Source: Paecilomyces variotii
Taxonomy: Eukaryota
DNA: 64,000 bases
Reading direction: 5' to 3' (one strand)
Assembly: GCA_004022145.1 (NCBI GenBank)
Contig: RCNU01000001.1
The notes under the pieces are model-generated. The model was not told the origin of the DNA. It saw only the letters and a program-made list of their open reading frames with translations, and ran no database searches. Shown here one piece after another: positions 1 to 12,795 of the stretch. Numbering within the stretch: the stretch's first letter is position 1; each line of letters starts with the position of its first letter. Made by a program: the position numbers and the translations under genes.

Positions 1-260
1 TATAGTCGACTGGGGCCACCGCAGTGGACACTTTATTATTTTTTTTTTTGGAAGATAGGTGGAGAGGTCAAAAAAACAATGCGGTTATACGGAGATATTG
101 TGCGGATACCAGAATGACAGCTTGACCCGCCGGTGTCACAAGAGGAACGAGGCCTCGAGCGAGTTGATATAGAACCAAAAAAAGATGACAGGCCAGACAG
201 CGGAGACAATGTAAGGAGATGGACGGGGGGCGAAAAGCATAGATAAATGTTTTGTGATTG
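1..260 (-). promoter_or_regulatory. Probable 5' UTR/core promoter of a minus-strand gene lying beyond the left edge
   Basis: The minus strand is pyrimidine-rich (CT tracts) as in fungal 5' leaders, with a possible UTR intron donor (CTG|GTATCC near 110). No CDS is recognisable in the window. Confidence 0.3.
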
Positions 261-825
261 CTGGCCCTACGAGGAACAAGCCCGTCCTAGGCATCCAAAC
301 CACTGGAGCAGAGCAACTGCGCAGCGCAGCATTAGCGTGCTGGCCTAGTTGGACGGTGGAGAGAGAACAGGGGGTGGAGACAGAGACCTGGTCGGTGGTG
401 GGCAGACTGGGGGGGCAGACGGTGGACTGTGGCAGGGTTCCCGGGAGGGCTTGCACTTTTCTGGCGGTGGCCCTGCGCTGCCCGTGGGTGATCTCGGGGC
501 GCGACGCTGGGATTGCTGGGCCCGCAGACCGCTGCGACGGCGCTGGGGGAAAACACCCATGCTAGCTTGCCCATCCCGCAGCACGACTCGACACCCACCG
601 GCACTGCCGCCGCCCCAAAACAGGCTAGCCCCGTATCGTACAACTCTACCCGGCTCCTGCCTTCCCCCGTCGGCCCAAACATCTCCCCCCCACCTCCGTC
701 CATTCTAATTTCTGTTGTATCTCCGTCCGTTCGGCCCTACGAGGGCGGCGCCGAGCGTTCCTGCATCGTGCCGTACCACCGCCGTATGGTATGCCGTATG
801 GTTATGGGTATTGTTACCGTCCCAT

Positions 826-882
826 GACAGAACAGGACAGGACACGACAGGACACGACAGGACAGGCCAGACCAGGACAGGA
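826..882 (+). repeat. Imperfect (GACAG)n pentanucleotide microsatellite
   Basis: gacagaacaggacaggacacgacaggacacgacaggacaggccagaccaggacagga read directly. Confidence 0.85.
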
Positions 883-899
883 CATGGTTCCCAGCAAAA

Positions 900-932
900 G
901 AAGATGATGAAGAAGAAGAAGAAGAAGAAGAG
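900..932 (+). repeat. (GAA/GAT)n trinucleotide microsatellite
   Basis: gaagatgatgaagaagaagaagaagaagaagaga. Confidence 0.9.
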
Positions 933-3900
933 ATTGTGTGAAGTGGAAGAATGCCATGGCCAGCACTTGCCGCTCCAGGCAATCATCGTCTCTGTCCGGG
1001 CGGCCAAGGAATGCCAGAGATCTCCGAGGGATCGATCGCGTCGGATAGCAGAGGATCGTAATGGCCCATCCGTCGCCTTACTCTGCCATACTGATTGTCG
1101 CTCCTCCTCCCGGAACTGCACTTTTGCATATCCGCCCGTCGGGCGTCGGTCAGTCCGTGTCCTCCTGTCAACATGATCCACTACTGCCAGCAACAGACAA
1201 GGAGAAACAAGATTATGATGTAAGCTGGCTGCTAGATAGTTAACTAAGTAGAGACCTCCTGCAATAATAATAATAATAATGGTCTTTCATGGTTCTAGAA
1301 AAGAATTGATGGCGCCAAAAGAGAACGGAGACTGCAGATAGTCCCACACCAGACTTTACCCCCTCCTTCAAGGAAGATAATTCATGCATTGCATAGAGTA
1401 TGTAATAATACATACATAGCCCTCGACGGGGAGTTTTGGTATAATCCTAAACCAGTCCCTACAATTTAAATACTCCGATAATAAAGTGAGTTTAGAAAGA
1501 GAGAGAAAAAAAAACAAAAAGGCCAACACGATGGCCTTAGCTAGTAGTCTAACAATAAGCCCAGCGACCGCCAGGGATGGTTCTCAAATAGACAAATGCA
1601 GATCCGGATTGGAAAATCAAATACACGGTTATGGGCGACCAGGGTTGATGGTGAGAAAGCGCCCGAAGCGTCCCGTCGATTTGGGTCAAGATTTGTGGGA
1701 GAGATCAGTGGTTGCACGGGCGAACAGGAGCCTCCCGCCGGCGCGCTGATTGCTTGGCCCCAGGAACCCCACCTGGGTTTACCCGTGGCTTGGGGCGATG
1801 ATCTCTGGCTGGAGAGAACTATAGCGCACTAGCAGCTTTGGGGCAAAGCGCAGTTGACCGGGTTCGTCGCATAACTGGCGGAGACTCCGTGCTGGGTAAA
1901 ATGAGTCCGGAAGGGATGTTCGATGCCTTCTCCCCAATCGAGAGCCTCAGATGGCCGTCAACAAGTTGCGCGTGCGGTACCACGGTCGACGTGGACGTGA
2001 AAATCTCCAGTTGCGACGCTTCTCCAGGAAAAAGGAGGGGGAACCTGTGGGACAGCGTTGTAAGCAAGCAGTGAATGCGATGGAGTGTACATTATTAGTT
2101 ATCCCATCGCAATGGCAGAGGACTCCGATCGGGACGGGTACATGACCGTACCGGACACCCGCCTGGCGAACAGGTTCACGCAAGGCTGCGACCTCGCAGA
2201 TGACTCGACCGCGACACTGGTGCAAAGCGGTGATGTCGATGCAATGGACCGGCGGCTCCACGATAGTAGTTAGTATCTACATGCTTGACGGACACGCCGG
2301 CCAAAGTCGATGATCGTGACTGGAGCCGTCATGTAATAGTTCGTTAGTTGTACTCTACTGCACATGGCAAGCAGCGCGACAGTTTTCCTCCCTCAAGGTC
2401 GGTGAGCAGTCGGTCTCCGACAAGCCTTAGCGCCACACTTTTCTTGGCCCACATGACTGAGCCACATCCGTTGACCAATAGCATGCGTTGTGGTCCGCCC
2501 TGCTGCCCTTCCATTGGCGCTCAGACTGTGGCCGGCACCGCCAAATGACGCGAACGAGGCGCAGCGGTTATTTTTACACCGCTCTCCCTTCTCCTCAATG
2601 TCGGACGTCAAGAGTCGACAACGGATGGCGGACCGCAACGCCTGTCTCCCCTCCATGCTGTCAAAGTCATAAAGTGCGCTCCACTGCAGACAGCAAACGG
2701 CGGCACCCGTCCGACGTCTGCTCGATCGAGTCATACAGTGTAGGCACAGTAGGCATGACGCATCCACGATGCAGAACGTATGGCACTTCTTGACCGATGC
2801 CTTTTGCCCTGTATGCCCATCACCAGCGGGCTCTACTGACGTACGGGCTTCAGTTCTTGCGGTGGAAGACCTTCCCTGCACCGCAGCCCTATCGCCCAGG
2901 CGGTGGAGTCCGTCACGGATCGTCCGAGTCTGGACCACGGAATGCATGCGCCCCCTGATTAGGAAGGCAATGACGAGCGTGTATCGTACCCAATGCCAAT
3001 AGCCTACCGCGATCGTGGAAGGGTGACGGGACCAGAAGATCTGGATCTTCATGGGGTAGTCTTGAGGCTCATTTTGGAATTTGTAACTCTTAAGTCACGA
3101 TGGAAATCACCCTTCATTTCCAGCAAGAATCATGAACTCGTGATGGACCGACTACTCTCTCATGGCTGTCCTCGGTATCAAATTAAATCAATCAATATTA
3201 CGGACTTTTCCGTACTCGTACAGTTAGCAGACCATGGAGTGGGCCCCTCAGCCAGAAGCGGGTAAGACTTGTCCCCGATGGCCCTGATCGGTGCTAGCGC
3301 GAGCCCCAGAGCCGGCAAGACGGACGCTTGTGCGTTTGTCGGGATTGTTTACACTTTACCTTTCTCAGGGGCCGCAACAAATGGCAGCAACAATAATGAA
3401 AAGATGAATCTTTGATAGTTGATTTCCTTTTCCCGCTGATATTGTGCTATACTATGACAACGAGGCTTATCTTTTCCAAGACTTCCAGCTCCATATCGTG
3501 GTTTGGTATATAGTGATGTGCTTTTCTCGCGTGTTGCTACCAACATAAGCTAGGATCATCCGCACTGTTTGCCGCCAGTTTCAACTTGAGAGCACTAGAG
3601 ATATAGCTTGCGGTTGACAGCTAGGTGGTCAAGAGCCCGCGCACGGCCACAGACGATCTGGTGCTTCTTTTCTTCGGATGTCAAATGTCAAAAAGGTCGG
3701 TCGGATTAAGCGAAGTAAATATGGATCCCTCATTGCCGGTTTCTATTCAATGGAGTAAACTCCTCATTTCTTCATAAAGATGCTAATGCATGTGTTTTTT
3801 TCTCGAATAGGATCATTATAAGTCCGGGAATCAGACGTCTCGCCACAGCTTTTCCTGCGGTGTATGCTGGAGAAATGGCTCCTGGGAAGAACATCGTCTC

Positions 3901-6900
3901 GCACTCGACTTACGGAGTATTATGCAGATCACGCAGTCTCACGGCTTCTCGTACACTGGATACCACGGACTGGAAATGAAGGTCTGAAGGTACGGCTACA
4001 AAGCCAGTCGTTGGTTGGTGCGCTCCGACGGAGCGGAGCCCGTATTGTAACGGACCTGGACAGGATGAACCCATAGTTAAGTCCACATCTTGACCATTCC
4101 CATGGCTAATTCCACGTGGATAGTCCCTTCGCCGGGACAGCAACGTGCTTACGCCTACGCACGGGGCTCTGATGTCCAGGAACCGAGAAAGACGGGTAAT
4201 GCTAGCTCGTGTCATATTCTCCAAGACTGTCTGTCCTCTAGACTCTAGTACTAGAGTAACTGAGACCTACGCTGTCCAAAGCCAAGGTTAGTTCGCCAAT
4301 GGTCTGATAATTTCAGGGATGCCTTTACTTGGCCTCATAGCTTTCCAAACCTGGCGCTTTGGCAGAAGATGAAACAGGACGATACTGGATGGTGCACAAC
4401 AGGAGCCTGTGTGCGATGTGATTGGGTGTGGTGGTTGAGCATATCGCTCATGTGTTCAAGGTTACCTAAGCTCCCCCAACTCGCAAGCCTAACTTACCCC
4501 GGAAGAAGATCGGCGATCTCATGATGCAGACGCTATTTTTACCAACCATGAGCGCTACACGACTACTGAAACAGCTTAGGCTGCCTTTTTCTCCTGCATC
4601 TTCCACGAGAAATCGGGCTCGAAGACGCATGATTGCACTTCACGCAAGTAATAATGACCTCGTTTATTCGTACCACTGCCGCTCTTGGCGCAGAGCCTGT
4701 TGATCCTGGGATTCCTGCCAATCTGGCATTCTCCCCGTCTTCCATTGTGCTAGCGCTAGCAGGGATGCTCTCTTCTCGCTCCCTATTTTTGGCTCCTATG
4801 GCAGACTCGCTACTACTAGCGTGGGAAGGTTTCTCGCTCATCCTAGATCGTTGCTTTTCCCTGCGAAATCTGAGAGACCCCATTGTCATTACCCCGGAGG
4901 TTTCATCTCTATAGTCAGACCTTATTTTATCGCCAGGCCATGTCTCATAAAATTACGATACGTATACTTCTATGCGGGCTGATTCGTATAGTTTCAGTCA
5001 CCACCGTTCTCACGTCGGCTGCAATTGTTATTGATGCGTACACGTGCCCGTGGACTGGCTATGAGAAGGGGCACTTATAACTATCAGATTTCATTTCCCG
5101 CCAGCGCTCGATCTAGACTCGTCGTTATCAATCAGCATTATGAAACTTTGTAGACCCACGGAAAAGTCTCCGCGCGAGTGCGGATAGCGTAAAAGAAGCC
5201 AATACTTGCAACAAGCGAAAACAAGAAAACGGACAGCTCGAATTTACCCTGTTTGTCGATCATTTTGTTGAAATTCACTCAAGGCCACGCCATCCTGCGG
5301 AGCGTCCGCGTCTTAGTTTCTGGTATCCGGATTTTCTATGTCGGAAACCGTTGTGGTTTCTGACTCTTCAGTCCGGCCGTTTATACCGTAGACGGAAGTC
5401 CTCCGATCTTCCCGAGCCATTTTCGCGGGGATAAGAAAAACCCACGGGTTCATCTCAAGCCGGCCCTCTCACCTCTACCATGGTAGCAGACACGACACGA
5501 CAATCAATCTAGGTAAACTAGTTTAGTTCACTAGTTACTGATTTGCGGGATGTTACTCATCCGTTTCTGAACCATGGTAGATAGCAAACCATCTCTCTCG
5601 CTTTCGCGTGGTTCCAGCAAAGAACTACGTAACTCTATATCACTACCGTACTACCGTGTCTCGGCATAAACCAGAGCGCAGCCCTACCGATTAACCATAA
5701 GCGGGGACGGAACAACCAGATTTCGCAGCTTCGGGAACAGCCCAGCTTGTAAGTACTAACTAATTACGGTTAATAGTCAACTTGTTATGAGTAATACTTT
5801 ATTCATCCTCCGTCGGGACCACCCAGCGGCTTCACAATAATGAGACATGACGGTCTTGTCACTTGTGCTTTTAGTTAGTTTAACTACTGGGCCCCAGATA
5901 ACTAAATCGCATTATTCCGAGCATGTCCGAGATTAGACCTTGAAGATGATCATCAAAATGAGAGTGTTCACGCTTTCATCAGACTACAGTACTACAACAA
6001 GTGAAAAGGGGGTCTGTTCATCCTTGCGCTGATCTTGAGATCATCCCCTTTCTCGTGATTTCCTAAATAGAGTATTATACTCATTTTATTTGTAGTATGT
6101 AGTGTAATTGTTCAGCCTCAGGATGGTTAATCACAGGTGTTGACAAGAAGGTCTATATCTCCAGTTCGAATCACAATGCTCAGTCTCTTACTTTCATTTT
6201 TTCTACTAGATATCCATCTAGCATAATTTCTCAACTCGAGCATTGTATTGCTCATTTACTCGTTTCACTTCTGTTTTCTCTATCTAGTAGTACTTTTGTG
6301 CTCCAAGCGCGTGTGCGTACCCGACCCTAAATGCCTCTCTCGACATCATACATACATGCATGCATGTAATCAATTTCATGCATTAACCTCTTCCAGTCTC
6401 GCGCACTCCTTTATCCCATCTTTCCGTACCCTAATACAGCCCTAGAAGGCTAGCATTTCTGCAGATTTCCTGATCCCTGTATCCGAGCGCTTGCGGTTAT
6501 TATTACCCTGTATGATTGGATGGGATACAGCGCAGCCAAAACTGGTGTCTTGGGGCATTCATTTTGCTTCTGGGAATTTTCAGGAGAAGTTGGTTTACTG
6601 TTGTACGGGATGGGATGGGATGGAATAGTATGCAGGTGGATTCTTACCTGTTGCTTACTTGCGTAGGGGTGCGACCGCATGGAAGGATTCTAGAATGAGG
6701 GGTTCAGGCGTCCCGGGGATTTTTGATTCGTGTAGGTAGGGAAGTGGGTGGAACGAGTAAATACGGTCTGCCAGAAGGAAGTTGGGGGCTGGTTGCGCCT
6801 TGCTTCTGCCTAGGCCATTCTGTATTATTATTCCAATCTAGAATCTCGGGGTGTAAGTTAGTTACCTAGTTAACTACCTACTGTCTGATGAGTGAAGTTC

Positions 6901-9900
6901 CAGATCCTTCAAGACATGCATAGATAACATCTTCACTGGCATCTAAGAATAGAATCGTCATTGTGGATAGTACATATCTCGGCTACGATTGCATGCAATG
7001 CAGAAATAAGCCCTTGCCGGTCTGCCTGTCTCATCGCAAGGTCGAATCGCGTGTCTGGAGAAACGACCCCCATTCATTACTGCATCTCCGCCACGTGGAT
7101 GCCACGAGGTGTGTGCATCAACATTATTTGTCGTTTCGGACCCCAACTTTGACTTCACGCATGGTGGGAATGAAAGTCTCTGTTTTAGAATCATGTTGTA
7201 TGCAGATATATGTGCATACGTTACTTGAGTTAAAGGGTCCCACAGGCTATATTCAGTATACTCTATGTATAAATATGCAACCCAATCAAGTCGTTCGACA
7301 ACATCATATACCGTCCTCTCCCTTCTCATCCAAGGAAATTCTCCTCTCGATTTCTTCTAGTGCCAGATAGGTACAGAGTACGACTCGCCACGTGGGGGCC
7401 AGCGCGAAGGATCAAAAAGAAAGAGACCGGCCCCATGTTTCACCCGCACCTGTCCGACAGGGCTATGAGAAAAGACTACGATGGAAGGACCTTCCATAAT
7501 AGTAGGCTTGAAGAAGGCCAGTTAGTTATCTTGGCAATGGAAAGACTAATGGTGCAAACGAAGTCAATGTTGCGCTATTGGCCCCCATATTGCTATTATA
7601 CCTTGCACCTTATGCAGGGTGAAATATAGATCCACATGTTGGGGGACATAGGGCAATTGACCAACCATATCCTGATTCCTGAGTCTGGAGGACGGAGATC
7701 TGCAGTAATCCCCCGGGTGCCACGTGTTGGGGGGAATTTTTTTTTCTCTTCATGACTATCTTGCAGGATTCTCATCTCTGGGGTTGGAGGATGTCATCGA
7801 GAAGGCCGGGGATATCTTTCTCGGGCGCTAGTAATAATGGGCGTAGGGCGATGATACCGGATTATAACGTACCCAAGGGGGTAATTTACTATATAGCGTA
7901 CAAGAGCTGTACAATCGGACTTGAGTAGAGATAGAAGACTTCTTGACCTGATACTTTCGAGGAAAAGTTATGTTTGGTCGCGGTTTTGGTACTCAGCCCA
8001 GTAATACCTAGTTCCAATACCTAGTTCTGACATGCACTTCTATGTACTGTATGTATGTATGTACATATATTGTTGACTTAGACTACTCCTGTTTCTCGTC
8101 TACATCGGGAATGCAAGCATGAAGGGACTACCGACATTCCGTACTTTTGCTGCGATATATTTCTTCACGTCTACAAGGATAGCGTTTTCCCTAAAGGGCT
8201 TCTCTTCTGTTCTTCAGGACTACTTAATTTCTAAGCCACATTTGTAAAATGTACGACATCCCCCCCGTAGATCCTCTACATTCCTAGATAGGCTGTTCTT
8301 GATGTTCTTGTCCTCTCCATACTGTACTCCCACCTCGAAGGTCTCCGATTGCCCTCTTTTGCAAATGCTGCTCGATGCATCTCGCTTATTAGCGTAGACC
8401 CGACCAATCACGCTCAGGACACCGCGATAGGGAAGGCAATAAAGGTTACTCCAGCCAGCGCGAGGCGTTGATCATGATATCGACTGAGCAATTGTCCCCG
8501 TCCACGTGAACAAGGTATGGACAGGGGCATCTCGCAGCGATGATGGGTCAAGCCACAGGCCGGACTACTTTGCGAGACGATCCGTCGTGGCATTCGGCCA
8601 GACCAGACAAGGAACAGGGATGATTCCCGCTTCCAGAGCCATGTAATCGGTAACGGAAGCCAAGGCTGCAAGGACCCTTGAAAAGGGGGTCAAGAGGAGA
8701 GAGTCGAGCGGATAAAGAAAAAAAAGCAAAAGCAAAAAGAAGGTCTGGAATTATTCACTTCCCCCTTCGGCCTTGCAGCCGGTGTTATCTGTCAGCACTG
8801 CGCCGCGTCGGGTGCTGCCATGCCGCTGCTAGATTGTCCAAATCACACGTTAGTTGAAAGTTTGCTCGTCAAGACAGAGGAAGACAGCTTTACCTCCGTA
8901 CAGTGTTAGCTTCATGATTCTCGAGCCCAAGCCACAGCAGATCAGCGACAGGATCAGCCCTGCTCGGCGCTAGTTAAGTAAGTGAAAAGTGGCAGAAGCA
9001 CAGGCATCGAACGAGAAGAAATGACAAAAAAGAAAAGAATCTATCTAACTAGTCTAGTCTAGGGAGTAACTAGCCCCAGCTAAATGCTCACGCAGAACCT
9101 CAGACTGGCGCTTTACCTCAGACGGAAAACGTTCGTCGGCATCGTGAGTGGTTGCGTATATGATACCCGAGAATCCGAACTCTTGCTTTCTTTTTCTGCG
9201 GAAGCGAAGAACGCGACAGAGAAAATATTGCATTTCAATTGAAATGTTTTTGGCTCCCAAAGATATCAATCAGGCTAAAGATGGTGAGACGACGGTAAGA
9301 TGTGACTGGCGGGACTGAAATGGAATCCGATCAATGAGACAAGTATCGAAAAACATGGTTAACTATTAACTACTATTCTGCTTACCTCCAGCTCGGGAAT
9401 CCCCAACTGTTGATTCTTCATGTGCTCTGCGAGTACAATATTCTGCAATACATGCTAGTCTAGTACAGTAATATTCTTCCGGTCACCGATCGTTGTCGTC
9501 AACACATCCATGCCAACTAATCGAGTAGCTCTGGCCGGCAATTACGGAGTACTCCGTACTTTTGTAGCGCCAGATCTTCTCCCCGACTTTTCGTGTAATT
9601 ATCCCGGCAATGACTAGGATGATTTCGTCCGTTCGACGATCAAATCTGCATATTCTCGGCTTCTTTACGGCCGACCAACTGATCGGGCTCATTAGTTAAC
9701 TAACTAACTAGTTAACTAGTTATTATACTTCTTGTCTTACAAAGCGATGCAAGGATCATGAAGAGACTACGTTGTCAACCGGCTAACTACTCCGTAGTAT
9801 CTATATGACAACTAACAGATCGTTGCACATGGAGGCTCTCTAAGTCCGACTTCCCCGGGGGCAAACCCCGGAGATAACAAGCCCCCATTAGTTATTAGGT

Positions 9901-10364
9901 ACGTTTTTATGCTGTACACACACTACAGTATTATTATTGAACCATACTGTAACGCCTGGCGAGACGAATAATACGGTGATGCCTTCTTTAAGAGGGGCTA
10001 GTTTTGGGGGCGCGCTCGTTTCACGTTCTGCATTGTTGTCTCTATTCTTGTTCTATCGCCGGATTCGCCACTGATTGTTGCGGGGGGAATGGGAGGTTAT
10101 TGGTTATTTCTCCAGGCGTTGCTCGAACCGTGGAGCAGTCTGACCACCCAAAACTAGAGTATTCCGTAATCACTTTCTTTTACACCAGATAATCATCTCC
10201 ACAGTGGCAAGAATCAATGTATGTAGAGCTAGATGCGATTTATAGATGCTATTTTAGAGTATTACTGTTCCCCTTCCTTGATCAGATGACTGCAGAAGTG
10301 GTGGAATCCGCCCGGTTTCGAGTATCGGTCTTTCACCCGTCTCTGGAGGCCTTGAGGGGATAAA

Positions 10365-10410
10365 ATAAATAAATATATATATATGTATATATATATATAC
10401 ATATATATAT
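10365..10410. repeat. (AT)n-rich microsatellite
   Basis: aataaataaatatatatatatgtatatatatatacatatatatat. Confidence 0.9.
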
Positions 10411-12738
10411 GAGGCTCAAACCATGTGCTTGAGGTAGATAGCATACATCGAATTATTAACGAAACAGTCATATTAGTGAACCCTCTAGCGAACTGCTAGT
10501 TAATTCAGTTTCGACTTAGATCTAGATGAGGAGGGGACGCTGAGGTTGTCTTTATCTGATAATTATACGCAGATTTTAGAGGTTAAGGATCTAATCGGTT
10601 TTATAGCAAATTAAAAGCTTTGATCTCATATATTGGGATATGATAGATCACTGGTAATGTCAAATATTGTGGGAACTAGTGTATACCGTGAGATATCAAG
10701 AAACGGACACAAAGAACTCGCCATGAGCAAATATAGTAACCTTTGCTATAAATGCTTTGTCAATGAGCACCTCCGCAGAACCAAGAGACTGCAAATATGC
10801 ATATACTCCATAGCGATCTCAAGATGCTGGAGTGGACGACGGTTGTAGTGGTGCCTGGACTTGACGATTTGTATACATATCTATTCTTCCCAAGCTTGTG
10901 AGGTGCGTAATAAAGACCTCTCGTTCTACTTCCTTTAGGTTGTTGACGTTTCCCTTCCAAGATCACTGTTTGCTTGCATTTATTTTCCACAACCGATGCC
11001 AGTATCAACTAGCAATCCGTACAGCCTCTATCCGAGAGCTCCGTGCAGACTTTTACATATTCCTTTCAGACTAACCTCAACGACACATTATTCAAAAGGA
11101 ACAATGGCGTTACGGTCGTGAGAAAAACCCTCGGAGAATTTTCTAAGCTCCACATTGATGCTTTTGTGGGCCACTTCCGGTTCACCGTACACTGAAGAAA
11201 AAAGGCCAACCATCTAACTAACTAATTGGAAAAGAGTGGAAAGTTCTCCGTTCTAAGCCACGAACCCGAAGCCAAAATGTCCACGCGAATATGATCTGAA
11301 ACGGTAGACCCTCCCACCGGGGCAGAAGAGGGGTAAGAGAACACATCTAGAATGGGGCTCGGAACAAAGCCTTTGTTTTGTTTACTCTGCTATGTATCCG
11401 TCTGCTCTTCAAGTTTCTGACAGCAACAGACCGCTAATGCATTGTGGAGTAGGACCAAAATTCCGGGACGGCGGATCGTTTAACGCGGAAATGTCCGGAC
11501 TGCAGTACAGAGACAGTAAGTGCGTTTCACTTGCTTCTTTGCGTGGGTTAGCCAGTGGAAAATCCACCCAAGAAGAGTTCAAGGAGTTTGATACGGAGTA
11601 GTTTCGCAACTAGCGTATCTTTGAAAGATACCTCGGCTGTAGCACTCGGTTGATGGTCGTTCTGCAAAGCTCCATGTCGAGAAAAGGAGTGAAAAGTTCG
11701 GATTTGTTTTCTCTTAAAGGTCACGAAGCTCTTGCACGGACGTGGAAGTTCCTGATAATGAAAAATAATAATGACACTAGAGACGCCGATCTTTCGGTCA
11801 AGCGGCCCGGCGCCGAGATTCCCCCTACTTAAGCCCTACGTGGTCGATGCAGTGTTTACCTGTGGATCTCATTGAGAGATCCCAGGTCTCACTTTTGGGT
11901 CGTGCTTGTAGCCTTGTTGGGAATGTGCTTTCCCGAACAACGGAACAATTAAATGTAGACTACAGTATGCCCCGTAAAAGGACAAAAGCGATGGTTAGAC
12001 GGCCGCCGGACTCGGATTGTGACCCACGAACCCATATTGTGTCTGCAATTGATACTTACGTTATTATTGACAGTTCTTTGCGGACTGCTTCTTCTCAGCA
12101 AACCACTGGTACCAGGGTGATGCAGACATAATCGTCTGTTAGTGTTGAATTGGGCAATAGATTCATCCCCTATCTTAGATAGCTTACATGCTGCACAGGC
12201 AATTAGTTACCATGTCCCCCTTCCATAGAAGTTTGTCTTCAGTGTAATTATTCGGCCGAGCGGATCATTTAAAGTGACGTCCACCGTACACAGACATTCC
12301 TCAAGCCTGTGCGTACTGCCATGAAAGTGGATGAGACGGCGGGGAAGCCGTGCAAAGCTTCGGGGTGCCCTACTTTAATAGACTAATAGCTTAGTCTGTT
12401 TGTCTGTGGCTTGTAGATTTCCCACCAAAATCCTACACGGTTCGTCCATCGATGCAAAACGCTAGGGACGAGACGGCGGAAGATGCGGCTGGGGAACCAC
12501 AGCCACGGCGTCGGCGACCCCGAGGAATTCTGCGGGGGTTCTGGCATCTGCAGACAACATAGCAATATTGCCCAGGGTAAAGCATAAGAGATCGACAGGC
12601 AACAAGCTCTTAAACACTCGGTTAGACGGTCTGGTCGCAGTGCGATTTGAGATCCGACGGGGTCAAGGTTTGTTTGGAGACGCCAGGCGCGCCGCTAACT
12701 ATCTCATCCGGTTCTGCTAGATTTCCATGTGAGAGGCA

Positions 12739-12795
12739 CTAATCGGCCCTTTGTCAGGACCGCGCTGCGCGCGGTCCTGACAAAGGGCCGATTAG
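12739..12795. repeat. Perfect inverted repeat, 27-bp arms, 3-nt loop
   Basis: CTAATCGGCCCTTTGTCAGGACCGCGC-TGC-GCGCGGTCCTGACAAAGGGCCGATTAG; the arms are exact reverse complements. Confidence 0.97.

Noticed and set aside
4242-4257. 16-bp palindrome ACTCTAGTACTAGAGT
   Set aside because: One 8-bp-arm palindrome is expected by chance in 64 kb
136-5080. Many overlapping 60-220 aa ORFs, such as 2393-3052 and 705-1193
   Set aside because: No recognisable motifs; several only translate microsatellites or GC-rich promoter-like sequence
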